Positions 46,611 through 59,623 of a stretch of DNA of 64,000 bases are shown here, piece by piece. The translations under genes were made by a program, and so were the position numbers. Every line of letters starts with the position of its first letter. The first letter of the stretch is position 1. The notes beneath the pieces are model-generated. The model did not search any database, was not told the origin of the DNA, and worked only from the letters and a program-made list of their open reading frames with translations. The stretch is taken from the NCBI GenBank assembly GCA_036630325.1, contig CP142733.1, positions 992,001 to 1,056,000 of the forward strand, given 5' to 3'. Origin of the DNA: Vairimorpha necatrix (lineage: Eukaryota).

Positions 46611-47210
46611 ATGGATTTGTTTATAATTTTTTTCGTTATAACAATTTTAAGTAGTTCGACAGCGAACATGAGTAGTAGTCGGGTAGAAACCATTGCACAC
46701 TATCAAGGTAGGAACTATAGAAAAAATAACATTTCGTATAAGGATTCTGCCGAAATTAACAAGATTGTGGATTTTAAAAAAGAAAAAATGAAAGTATATG
46801 ACATACGAGCAGAACATTTAGCTCTATTTTATTTCTATACTACTGAAAATAATATTAAAAGAGAGAAATATCAAAATTTATTAGAAAATATAGCTCACAT
46901 TATCGAGTCAAGCGAATTTTTCAATAACGGACAATATGTTATTGACTCAGATAAAGAACAGAAAAATAATATGTTAATTGGTATAATGAAATATTTTGCA
47001 AAGTTACACGAAAAAGATATCTATTTTAATAAAATAGACATGAAGACTAATGATGAAAATATGTTTGAAGAAATTGGGGCTACTAAAACTGAATCATATG
47101 AATACCAACTCTATGAATGGTTCATGAATAGAGCTGAGATACAAAATATGTATCTGGTATATTATTCTGCAAACATAAACAAATTTGTCGCAGAAGATAT
47201 TAGAATATAA
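46611..47210 (+). CDS. Family B putative secreted protein (199 aa)
   Basis: CCCC-ATG at 46611; MDLFIIFFVITILSSSTA signal; LLENIAH, FNNGQY, FAKLHEKDIYF, YEYQLYEWF. Confidence 0.82.
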   Translation: MDLFIIFFVITILSSSTANMSSSRVETIAHYQGRNYRKNNISYKDSAEINKIVDFKKEKMKVYDIRAEHLALFYFYTTENNIKREKYQNLLENIAHIIESSEFFNNGQYVIDSDKEQKNNMLIGIMKYFAKLHEKDIYFNKIDMKTNDENMFEEIGATKTESYEYQLYEWFMNRAEIQNMYLVYYSANINKFVAEDIRI

Positions 47211-47897
47211 TGAATTGGATCATCTAGTAATTTGTAACGAGACAAATTTTTATAAATAACTTTTTTGTAAATAATAATTTTGAAGATATTTTTACACTGT
47301 TTTGTAACTGAAAAAATGATCCAAGTCATTATATTGTTTCCATATTTTTTTATTTATATATATTTTTATACAGACAAGCGTATTATTACTTGAAAAAAAT
47401 ATCTATAAATTTTCTTGTATATTTCTTTAGCTATTAGAATCTTAAAATTTAAATTTTTTCAAGAGTAAGAAATTTTAATGGTGCTTATCTCAATACGATA
47501 CTTTTGATGACAAATTAAAATTCAAAATGATCATAAATTTTTTTTTAAAAATTTAATTACAAAAAACTTCTTCGAATAATTACCATGCATCAAAATGGCA
47601 CCAGATTTATTTTTTTAATTTTGTTGTTCACAAATACCATTGCAAAATTCATCAAAAGGTCTTATAACACACGTAAAAGCAAAATGATATTTGGCATGGC
47701 ATTAATCTTTATTGCAAATTTGGTCCGAATTTTCGTTAACATGAGGTTAGTTGAATAAAATTGAAAGTTAAACAGCATATACATTTCCGATACGACAAAA
47801 CTCGTCTAATTAAACTAAGATACTGCTAAGTATAGTTATGTAAATGTCAAAAATGTTTTTTAAAGAAAGATTCTAAAATTATGTTTATGAAATATAC

Positions 47898-48013
47898 ATT
47901 ACGGCCATATCTACTGTAAAGCACCGGAACTCGTCAGCTCTTCGAAGTTAAGCCAGTAAGCGCCTTGTGAGTACTGAGATCGGAGACTGCTCGGAAAAGC
48001 AGGGTGCTGTAAT
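47898..48013 (+). rRNA. 5S rRNA: 5S rRNA gene or 5S-derived copy
   Basis: ATTACGGCCATA..CACCGGAACTCGTCAGCTC..GAAGTTAAGC..AGTACT..GTGCTGTAAT; ~116 nt; termini ATTACGGC/GCTGTAAT pair as helix I. Confidence 0.88.
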
Positions 48014-48014
48014 T

Positions 48015-49230
48015 TATAGAACCGAAATATTTGTCGAGATAGACTCTTTTATTAGAATATCATTGAACATACATGAAGGTCATTCACAGCCGGCATGCAA
48101 AGAAAGACTATACCTTCTCCACGATGCGCTCGGAGGAGGACTAACTAGTGCAGTGTTTTAAAGTGAAAGCATGCTACTCAAACTAAGGACAGACTTCGAA
48201 CAATCGGTCAATATTTACCCCAGAAGACGAGTTATTATAATAAACCAGGAAAAAAAGAAAACTCTTTTTTCTAATTAAAGAATACGTCCAGGAAAAGTAT
48301 AAGCTAATAGATGTGGATCAGAAAGCACTAGTTGAGGGTCAGTTAAATACCCTATACAACAACATAAATAATAAAACAGAACATAAAAAGTTGTTTAGGG
48401 CAAAGGAAAATGAAATAGTCGACATTAAAAATTCATCACTATGGCTTAAAGTAGGTAACACGAATACCAGGACATAAAGTAAGTTATGTGCCCTACAAGA
48501 CCGAAATATATTTAATAGATCGATTGGAACCTGCCCCCATTGCAATAAATCAGCAAAGACAGTGGATCACCTAGCGAAAAGATGCGAAAAATGCTAGGAC
48601 ACGATTATATGAGAAGGCATAATGAAATAGTGAAATGCATCCACCTACTACTGTGTGAAAAATTTAAAGTGCAGCCTAAGAAGAGATTAAGAAACCACAC
48701 AGTACAGTAGATAGTTGCAAAAAAAGATGTGGAAATAAGAATAGACACGACGATAAAAACGGACATAAAGATCGAATATAATAAACCTGATATTGTCGTA
48801 GTAGATAAAAAGAATAAATTGATCATAATAATTGAAATAGGTGTCATATCACAAGAGAATCTACAGCAAGTAGAAAACGATAAGTTAGAAAGTATGATGT
48901 CCTTGCGAACGGACTGGGATTAATATATGGTTTTAAAACAGAAATAATTCCCCAAGTAATCACTTGGAACGGTATAGTGACTAAGTTCCACAAATCATAT
49001 ACCACAAGACTTGGAATCCCTAAGAAGGTAGAAGCGTACATCAAGATGATCACGCTAAAGAAGACGCTAAAAAGCATTTCTCTGGACTACCGAAGGAGAG
49101 GAGACGAAGCCGATGTGGAAAGGACTATGGAGCCACAAAGCTACCTTCAAGCAGGAGACGCTAACGCGGAACCTACCCTTGTTAAACTATAAATATAAAC
49201 TACAATAAGCATACCCTAATTAAATTCATT
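48015..49230 (+). mobile_element. 5'-truncated, degenerate non-LTR retrotransposon with restriction-like endonuclease (R2/R4-like group)
   Basis: ERLYL....GGGL (post-RT thumb); CPHC....TVDHLAKRC zinc motif; RRHNEIV; KPDIVVVDK..IIEIG..K..KYD RLE; internal stops and frameshifts. Confidence 0.85.
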
Positions 49231-49632
49231 TCTTTTTATAAAATATTCACATTTAATGACCATAAGGTGTAATTTCATCTAAGAAAACGAATTAGTAAGA
49301 ATGTTTTATTATTTTGTGTAATTTAAAAATATTGTTATATGTTTGAAATAATAATTATTTCGAAATCAAACATTAAATTATTGATCATGAAAAGTAATAA
49401 ATAATTTTTGAGCACCATACATAACTAAATAACAATTTGCTCTTTTGATTTGTTTACTTTGATAATGCATGATTACTGCGCTTCACAAATTTTCTAACAA
49501 AATTAAGACCAAATATTATTTTATTGGATTTTTAAATTAATTTATGTTCTAATATCTATAAATCTTCAAATATCTAAAGATAAAACTTGATCATTTCTTT
49601 TTATTTTCTTCTCTGTTATTTTTTAGCCCCAA

Positions 49633-50229
49633 ATGGAAAAGCTGTTTTGCCAACAAGAAAAATGTTTAAGAAAAATTCCAACAGAGGAGAAAATACTAAG
49701 ATCTGCAAAAAGGGTCAATGTTTTCAAAGGCGTAGATTTGCTAAAGGCACTAGAATTAAAAGGCTGCACCAGTGAAGTTATTAAGGAGTTAGTATCTTAC
49801 ATGTTAATAAATAGCATTATTCTTAAAGTTCAGATGGATTCAAAGAATAAAAAGTCATGTGATCTTTTATTGGACTACAGATTTACAGAAAAAGATTTTT
49901 ATATTTGGAGCGAGGAAAAATCTAGTCATTTTAGTTTGCTCATTTGTCTAGGCGTAATAATTTTAGGACTTTCCCTGGTAATGTTCCAAATGTGGCCTTC
50001 AAATCTAAAAGTGCTCGCATCTTACGCTTCATATTTGTGTGGTGGTTTTATAGCATTTTTATTAGTCTTGGGAGTTATAAGAATTATTTTATTCTCAATT
50101 ACTTATTTTACACATTCTCCTGGCATTTGGTTATTCCCAAATTTATTCGCAGATTGTGGCTTTATAGACAGTTTTATTCCTCTGTGGTGTTATCACGGGG
50201 AAGATGTAAAAAAGAATAAAGAAGATTAA
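49633..50229 (+). CDS. SEC62: ER translocation protein Sec62
   Basis: Two TM segments; MFQMWP; IR.ILF; GIWLFPNLFADCGFIDSFIPLW Sec62 signature. Confidence 0.9.
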   Translation: MEKLFCQQEKCLRKIPTEEKILRSAKRVNVFKGVDLLKALELKGCTSEVIKELVSYMLINSIILKVQMDSKNKKSCDLLLDYRFTEKDFYIWSEEKSSHFSLLICLGVIILGLSLVMFQMWPSNLKVLASYASYLCGGFIAFLLVLGVIRIILFSITYFTHSPGIWLFPNLFADCGFIDSFIPLWCYHGEDVKKNKED

Positions 50230-50353
50230 TTTTTTTAAGTTTCAAATGTCTGTATAATATTTTGTAACACAAAATTGTTTCACAATTAGCTTTTATTTTA
50301 TTGGTCAAACTTCTTGACAAAAAATTATAAAAATAAAATTTTTTGATCCTTCA

Positions 50354-50614
50354 ATGGAATCGCTAACATTAGAAAAAGCCTTACAAGACAATGAAAATTT
50401 CATGATCTTTTTAAAGGAGTGTCCTTTTTGTTACAAAGCTGAAAAAATATTAAAATCTAATAAGGTTAAATTTGAGAAATTTAATAAAGATAAATACAAA
50501 ACTCTAACTGAAGAAGCACAGAATAAATACAGTTACCGCACTTTCCCCTTAATAGTTCTGGATAGGAAATTTATTGGAGGATGTAGTGATTTATCAAAGA
50601 TTTTTGAGAATTAA
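50354..50614 (+). CDS. Dithiol glutaredoxin
   Basis: CPFC active site, TFP, FIGGCSDL. Confidence 0.9.
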   Translation: MESLTLEKALQDNENFMIFLKECPFCYKAEKILKSNKVKFEKFNKDKYKTLTEEAQNKYSYRTFPLIVLDRKFIGGCSDLSKIFEN

Positions 50615-53600
50615 TGTTAAATAAAAATTTATTCTTTTCTTTAGTCAACAATTATATTTACGAAGTTCTTTTTTCAAGAGAGTGTGGCACGCGTCAAAAA
50701 TCACAGGCCAATGTTTTGATATATTTGACGCGGGGTCATTAAACGCAAACAATTTCCTCAAGTCATGCACTAATAGAATTTTATTTTAACTATATTTATT
50801 GATAAGGAGTTGTTATTATCCTTAAGCCTTTATTTTTTCCCGAATGACTCTTTGCATGTATAACATTTCGACTCTAAATCTTTTAAATAATTCCATAGTT
50901 AATGTGCTTTACGATGCAATAAAATCTTTGTAAAGTTGAAAGGTTGGTTTTGATCTTCATAATTTTATATATTATTTAATGTGTATTTGTAGCTGGGTCT
51001 AATTATTTTTGATACATAAAGAATTCCATTTTTTCTCGGGGTTTTGATTGATTAACTCGGCCAAACAATATTAGTTTTTGATAAAAAGAGCCAAAATCAA
51101 TGTTATTTAAAATTTTTTCTTTCTCAACACCGACTGTATTTTTAAAGTCTTAAATAATTTGTGTTCATTCATATTTAATAATCTATTTTATTTTTTGCAA
51201 TAAAATCTTCGTTTTATTTGTAAAAACATCATTTGTTATAAAGAACTGGATTTGAATCACTACTATAATAATGCTCCGTTGTCACATTCAGCTTTTTGTA
51301 TTATATATTTATAATTAACTTTCAAAAATCTTTATTCTTAACTTAATTAGTTAAATTGCAAAAAATCCATTGGACAGAATCGTTTTAAACTCCTTATTTA
51401 CTTCTACGTTATTTTTTTTTGCTATACGTTAATTTATTTATGTATAGTATAAAAAAGAAATCTCGTGTACATTATACAAATTTTTTAAAGTAATAATCAA
51501 TGTTATTTTTTGTTCATCTGCTGCTAATATTTTTACTACCGCTTCAGATCATTTTAAATTGCTTACACAATACTTCTTTATATATTGAATTATATTTTAA
51601 AACTTAAAGTTGTAAAATCTACACAATACAAAAACAATTCAAGATAAATTTAAAGTTGCCATTTTAATGTTGCTTGATGTGAAAAGTAGTATTAAAATCT
51701 ATATTGTTCTGTGCAAACATACTAAATTCAAGTAATAATTAATTTGGGCATAATATCATACTTACTAATTACTTTTCACAAGATAAACTCACAATCTTTT
51801 CGATATTTCTCCGATGTTTATTCTGAAATCTAAATATTGGGCTCTTAATACCACTTCCTAATAAGTACCAAGCCAATGTTTGATTGACATATGTAGAATT
51901 TTGCAAATAATTTTAAAAATTCTTGTCTGTTATATAGTTCTTTCCAATAAACTTGATTATACAGTATATTTAATAACATGTCTCATAATATCGAGCAGCG
52001 TTTGTCATTGGAATGTTATTAATCATAACCTTTATAAAAATCAATACAAAATCCAGTACGTTTAGCATAAGTTTATGCTTCTAATCTTAGTTACAAATTA
52101 GTTCTTTACGAATTTAAACGGGAATAAAGAAAAGATACTATAAATAATACATAATTTGGATTAGTTTTCGGTTTAGACTTCGGTAACTTATATCTCTTAC
52201 ACGTAAATTTTAAATGTGTTTATCATACTTCATTTCTTAAATTTTTCAGATAAAATTTTTACACGCTTCTATTGTATCGTTGTTATTTTGCAAATCTGAA
52301 CTTAAATGCGAGACGTATTAAGATATAAATTAATTAAAATTTCCGAGATTGATATTTATACAATTATTCGATTAATTTAACAAAAATATTAGCGTAATTT
52401 TACAGTACAATATCATTACAGAATTAAAGAAAAAATATTTGATTTCTATTTTGTATTCATTTGTGATTCAAAATTATAGTAATTTTAGTGTCTTTAGGTT
52501 TAGATATGAAAGATAAGGAATTTCTAAAAAATTTATTTCATGATCTCTATATACATATCCACAATTTTAATTATTTTGACATTTCTTTTCTTCAAGGTAA
52601 AACAATTGATTATTTTTTTATTAAACAAATTTTCAAATTTTATTGAATATCAAAGTAAAAAAAAATTCTTGCTTATTTTGTCACATATTTTTTGCCCGTC
52701 TTTTACTTTGTTTAAAAACCTAAAAAATAAACATCGACTCTCATATTAAATACTATTTGTTTTTATGCATTTTTTACTGAGAATTTTTTTTTCGAAATTT
52801 CTGGCTTTATTAATCTTAATTTTGATTACGTAAGAATCATATGTAATCATGTTTGCTACAGTATTGATAGACCGTTTGAATTACTTTTCACAACGTAAAG
52901 CCATTTTGACGACCCCATGATCTTTTTCATGTTTATTAAGATCTCTTTCATTGTTTTATTCGCAAGTTTATGAATGGTAGAACGAAAGATTTTGTTATCT
53001 AATATTTTAAATCATAAGATAAATTTCTTTGTTCAAAATTTGTAGATGAGAATAAAATTAACTTAATGACGTGTCTATGTATAAATAGTCACTTGTTAGA
53101 TATTCAAAAATAATGATTGTGTTGTAGAAAATTATTTCTAGGGCTTAATATTTGAACAACAATTCTTGGTACTTACATTAAAAATATTTTCGCGAGATGA
53201 AAAATAGTAGAAATTACATTATCTCATTGTCACTGTAGATACAATGCAAATACTGTAATAATAATACATAATTCGAAATCTCTGATAGTATACCGCTGTA
53301 TTTTTATATAACTATATTGAATCTTTAAAAATTAAATATAATTCGTCGGACGTTAAACAATTTCCTGATCTCTGTTTATGAAGTTTTTCAGTGTTTATAT
53401 GTCTTTAAAATGTTAATTCGTCATTACTGTATCAATAGTTTTATTATTTAACTGGATCACATCACATTCAAAATCATATTATTCGATATATCTGAGCTTT
53501 AACATATGTTTTTTCGACGTATTACTTCTGATAAATTTAATCATATGCATTCAAGTGAAAAACAGAAAAAAAATTTAAGGACAGCAACTACCATCATTAA

Positions 53601-54009
53601 CCAAGTTACAATTTTTAACTTTGTACATGATTTACAAATCATACTTACGCATGAGTCAAAATCATAGGTAGGCACCCAACGAAGTATTTTTATGTAAATA
53701 AAAAGCTATATAATTTATCGCCCAACTTGACACTTTTTGTAATAATGACAATTTCGTGATATCATATTATTTATTTTTTATTTTTACTTCACGATTTAAA
53801 GTTTTGAGTAATCTGTTTTGTTTTAAAGAAGAAACTACTTTAACATTTAATTAATACGTGTTGATGTATTTGTTTGCACTAACGATGTAGTATATAAAAT
53901 TGTTTATTTGTAAATATAACATTAAGAATATTGCTAAACATAAAAACAAAAAAAAAATTATAAAAAATACATAAAACAATTATTATATAATTTTTCAACC
54001 CCCCCTATA

Positions 54010-54735
54010 ATGGTGATATTTACATTATTATTATTAATATATAATTCGTTTAATCTGTCTCATTCTATAGATAAAGGACTAGCTGTAACGGGCAATGCAT
54101 CAATTAATTATAGTGTGTTGATGTACGACAACAAAAAATATGTAAAAAAATATAAAGTTCAGCCCTTTAATATAAAATACGACTCCGTTACTGTTGAAAA
54201 TTATAATTCCTGGTATGATAGTCAAATTACTAATGAAACATTTGAATGTGTTGAACATTTTAGATTCAAACCTAAAAAAATTATTTACAATGTAATTATA
54301 TGGGAAATAATCTTTAAAGCCTCTAATGTTGTTTTCGATGCTTTAATGTCCCATAAAGATATAATTGAAATAATTTACATAACTAATAATATGAATAGGC
54401 ATAAACATTCACATGATTTTCGATATTATTTTAAAATATTTGTAACAAAGTTTTTAATAAATCAACCAACAAAAATAAGATTACATCCCATTGGACATCT
54501 TTTTGAATTATTAGCATATCATAGCTATGATTTAATTTTTGATTTAAGTTTTTACTCATCTTTTGAAGATAAAAACCACATAAAAAAAATTAAAAAACTA
54601 GTTTACGATTTTATTGATGTCAGAATAAAAAAATCATGTCCATGGCATATAACACAATTGTACAATGATCTTATGAATTCAAATATTAAAATTAAAAAGC
54701 CGGGAGAAATTGAATTTATTGGAAGTCGTGGTTAA
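54010..54735 (+). CDS. Hypothetical secreted protein (241 aa)
   Basis: C7 run before ATG; hydrophobic N-terminus MVIFTLLLLIY; no recognisable domain. Confidence 0.75.
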   Translation: MVIFTLLLLIYNSFNLSHSIDKGLAVTGNASINYSVLMYDNKKYVKKYKVQPFNIKYDSVTVENYNSWYDSQITNETFECVEHFRFKPKKIIYNVIIWEIIFKASNVVFDALMSHKDIIEIIYITNNMNRHKHSHDFRYYFKIFVTKFLINQPTKIRLHPIGHLFELLAYHSYDLIFDLSFYSSFEDKNHIKKIKKLVYDFIDVRIKKSCPWHITQLYNDLMNSNIKIKKPGEIEFIGSRG

Positions 54736-57700
54736 TAAGATAAACTAGTTTATATACTTTAAATTATTTAACAATGTGTTAAAGATGGAAACACTATATA
54801 ATAGAAACATAACTTGTACTTGATGTATTTTATGTACAACTTTGTATTATAAATATTCTAAAAAGTCAAAAAACTTTCAAAAAAAGTATGTTCATAAGGT
54901 ATAGAAAGATTAACACTGAGTTAATTTTGTCAGTAAAATCATGCGTATATATTAAGCATTAAGTTTGTGATTTCGGTATTAAGTATTAAACTTACGATTG
55001 TTTGTAATTTCTGCTTTATACATAAACAGTGTAGCTAATTAGCTCAAGTTAAAATTTATATTTCACATTTAACAAATATATTGTCGTTGTAATCGTAGCA
55101 AAATAGTCAGTAATTGATCAATAAATAACATTAAAAGTTAAGAATTTTACAATTAAAAGATTTTGTAAAAAAAATAAGCAATATATTTATAGATTTGTAT
55201 AATATTGTAACAAAAAATTTTATACATACAACCCTTACTTTTTAAACTAAAAATAATCCTTATCTATTCGGTAACCTTTAAGAGTTAAAATATAAAAATT
55301 AATTTAAACGACAATTATTGTCACACGACATCCTTCCTATACCTAGTAGGGGCAAGTGAGACTCTAATGCTTGAACTCCTCGATTGTCATATCTCAATTG
55401 CAGCGAAGTCATGGACGTGAACAAAAACGTCATCGTCAACATACAAATGACGAATAAGAAGATGTCTAGTCAGAGGAATAAAGGCATAATCTAGAAAACT
55501 GTATATGATATAACCAATATTATAAAATATATTCCTATAATCTTTCCCTTTAGATTCGTCCAGTTTTCCCTCCAACATTTTTTTAAGGTATTTTACCCGG
55601 AGAGGGGTACGGAGTAGAGGAAAGCAAAAGTAAAAATTACAATAAAAACATTTTACATACTTTCCTCAGTGGTGGATACCACACTGTACAAGAGACTAGC
55701 TTTCCCTCAATAAATGATATGTTTGACGTTTATTAAAAATAAAACATAAAAGTATGAATTTTTAGCCCTTCGCCGAGTTATGAAAAGAACCAGAGTCAAT
55801 AAATATTATACAGATTTAATTTATTTCAACAAGCCGAGCGGCTAGAGAGGCAGCTAGCACCACAATTATAATTCAATAAATAACTGACAAGAAATAGTAT
55901 GTTATAATTTCGTTTTATTAAATTCATTTGATAACATATAATTTTTTTTCTTATATTTTTTTTTAAAACATTAATACTGTGAAATTGACGAAATGCGTGA
56001 TTTAATTATAATGTTATATGATATTATTTAATCAATGGATTTGGCGTGCACATTTCATAACGATTTTATCAATAAAATACATTGTACATAACCATTAAAA
56101 TCTTGTATGTTTGACTTTCATGCGCAATTAATAGCTCCAATACCTTTTATTATCTATTTACCTTACTCTAAAATTTTATAATTATGTGATAGATTAAGTA
56201 AAATATTGAATAAATTATAATCTGTACCACCTGCAACGACAGATAAAAATTAAATTTTTTATATTTAACATGACATAAAAAAAAAGTCTATGATGAGATA
56301 TTAATAAAAGTTTTTGCAATGTTAAAAATCTATTCCAAAAATTAAATACATTATGATGCAAAAATGGAACAAAAAAATTTACGTTGCAATAATTACTTTA
56401 TAACTTTTTAACAATAAAAACAATGAACAATGCTTTAAATCTCCATTTTTGTATATACAAAGGATTTTAAAAAATCAACTTTGTAATTTAGCAATAATAA
56501 TAAATTCAAATTACGATATTTACGAACACATTCAAATTAACTAAAGGTCTTAAAATTCCTTGAAATATGTTAAATACAGCCCCCGTGTATTTTTCCTTCG
56601 AGGTTCATGTATTAATACAGGAAACATCTTGATTTTATATCAATATAAATAATAAAAGTATCAAGTCCGATTTTGAAAACTAGGATGAAAGAAGGCCTTA
56701 TAAGAGAAAAAAGACATTGACGAGACAAGATTTTAATCCTGTAGAAACACCTAAAGGTACTCCAAATGAAAATTACTTAGCTATAACACAAAAAGTTTAA
56801 GAATAAAAGTGTTTAAATAGTAACATGATTTAAATAATCTAACGCATTGTTTATTTTTTAAAACAACAAAAAGAAATAAGAAAATAATCTAGAATAACAC
56901 AAGAACATTTTTAAGAATATTAACCATTAGATTTATATTAATTTTTCGTAAACATTTTTGTACGTATTAGTTTTGTCCCTTCTAGCCGATTGATAATTCT
57001 TTTCATTATTTCATTAATATTTTTTTACCTTCCTTCTGTTTAGAAAAAAATTTAAATTTTGTTTTTTTTCGTTTATGTTTATAATTTACTTATATTAATG
57101 ATCAGAAAAGTTCAATCTTATTTTTTTGAATGAAAGATACGCATATCAGACAATAAAAGATTTATTTAATTCTTTATCAATCCATTATACTTACTTTCTT
57201 TGTTTTGATTATAAATTCAAATTTTTCTCTAAGTATAGATTATAAAGTACTATTATTCATGCAATTATGTTTACTTGGAGTTCAAATCTGTAAAAAAATT
57301 ATTCCCGATTGCGGCTTTTTAAATATAAATTCTTTCTTCTCAAAAAAAAGAAAAATTTATCTATATTATTACCAATAGATAGCTGTTTTGTAACTTATAG
57401 ATTAATTTATTCTGTTTATATAATTTTTTATTCGTTTTTGATAAGGATAGATATGCGTAAATATTGAAACTTGACAAATTTTGTATTTATCCAAAAACTT
57501 TTGTGGTGAATATATGATAGTAGATTTTTCGACAAAAAAATAGTAATTAAATTTATAAGTGTTATTCCATAGTAAATTCTAGTAAACTATCTAAACTACT
57601 TCATATTTTGCATAACAATTATCTATCATCTCAGAAATAATCGCTTTATTTTTTTGCAACTCAAAAAAAAACTGAGGTCGGCTACAGTAATTAATATTGC

Positions 57701-57919
57701 GCAAGTTTCTATATTTTGTATTGTTTCAAGTTATATAAGTATATAAAAACAACCTAATGAAACAAATCATTCAAATTGACCTCAAAAGATAAATTTTGTT
57801 ATACTTATTGTATTATGTTTTTCTTTGTTGAGTTACTAGCGTCTTTTTATCTTTCTCGTGCTATTTAAAGAAAAAAAAATGTTTTAGAATCTTAAGAATA
57901 AAAAGCTGTATATATCTTT

Positions 57920-58240
57920 TGAAAATACGACTTGATTGCAAATCATAAGGCTTCTCTCTATCAAAATAAGCCGAAAATTATTCCTCATTTGATGACTTGA
58001 GATGGAACAGTAACTAATTTCCACCGCTCGCATATCAAAGAGCTTCGATTAGATTTCAGAACGGAAGCATATGTACAGACAAGAGTATTAAAATGACTTT
58101 AGAAGGCCCAAAACTATGTTAATCAGACATGGGCTTGTTCTGAACGGGGAGGGGCATTCGATTACCCAACATGTGGATTTCAGGAGGGACTCCCAAGGAG
58201 ATTGAGAATATAGCTTGTAAAAAGTAATTAGTAAGTAAGA
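57920..58240 (+). mobile_element. 5'-truncated 3' end of an RLE non-LTR retrotransposon (degenerate)
   Basis: KYDLIAN..IIPHLMT*DGTVTNFHRSHIK.LRL..RTEAYVQTRVLK; nucleotide similarity to 44530-44790, including AAAAGTAATTA at the end. Confidence 0.75.
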
Positions 58241-59623
58241 TCTTATATTCTACTTAAATAAATTATTTTTAATGTTTATAGATAAAGAAATATCTAATTG
58301 GGGCTATTAGTCAAAAAATACAAAAAATATGTATTAAAAAAGATTTTTACAATTTCATCTCCTGGTTTTCATTCTTTTTAATTTATAAGATTACAACGAA
58401 ATGCTTATATAAATCATCTTGAAATATATAATGCATTAAAATACAATAAAAAGGCAAATATTTCGGATAAATATTTCATCATAAATATAATATTTTATAA
58501 ATATTTATTATTTAAAAATTACTAAGGTTGTTTTAATGTTATATGTAATATAAGTAAAAACCACATAAACAGATGTAATTGGTTTAATCTTATAGAGACT
58601 GCATTTTATCAACTTTTTTTAAATATTAATTTTAAGTTTCCTAAATCGCGTTTAGAAATGATTTGTCTGAGAAATATTTGTGTGCATATTTTATCACGTT
58701 GAAACAAGAATGAAGTAATCCTTATAAAGCACTTGTTTGTACATATAATTAGACAAAACGTCTAAAAATAAGATATTTATAAGGTATATTCCATATGTTA
58801 TATTCGCAGAGATCGACATCTAAGTTATTTCGTCTAAAATGTTGTTCTTTATGGTCCAGATTCCCTTTTGATAAGTAAAACAGAAGTGTCGTATTTAAAA
58901 CAACTATATTCCTATATTATCAAAAGCCCTATTGCTACTTTTACCTGGACACGCACCCTGATTCTTTTATCTGATATAGTTTATACTCGACACAGTTTAA
59001 GTTTTGTTGTATTTATGTGATAAAATAAGTAAAAGCTTGTGAGCGTATTGTACTACTAGATATTCTTTATAGACGAGTATCTGTATGTACATAGAAATTT
59101 CAACATAATTATTCTCAAATCTCTCTATAATATTACAATATGTAGAATAAAATAAACCTTATATATTTATTTAGGAAAATTTATCATATTTATTGTAAAA
59201 TTTTTTAATTCAAATTAATTTCAAAGCCCTTTCCAACATATATCATCTATTAGTATGAAATTTTGTATAAATAAAAGTTTTATAAATTTATAGAAAAATT
59301 TTTAAAGCTATTCCATGTCGTCTTGTGTTGTTTTATAGTATTCTACGACAAAAATTACATAATTTTTTTTGAACTACATATGGATATCTAAAAAATATTG
59401 AAATTTTGTTATTTATATAAATTTTGTAACCTGCTTTTTTTAAAAAATAATAGACTTAGAATGGCTATGTTTAACGTATTTCAAATTCTGTAAAAAAAAG
59501 AAATAAATAATATAAATAATATATATTCATAACATTCAATGAACATGACTTAAAATTATAAATTTAATGTAACAGTTTTATATACAATTTAAAACAAATG
59601 TATTTATACAATTGTTCAAGTTC

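Noticed and set aside
50660..53600. Possible decayed minus-strand coding sequence or transposase
   Set aside because: The composition is suggestive but I could not recover a diagnostic motif by eye; tBLASTx is needed.
55319..55889. Less AT-rich block bounded by TGTCA..TGACA (possible solo LTR or MITE) with a 63-aa ORF
   Set aside because: No TSD, no second copy in the window and no recognisable protein motif.
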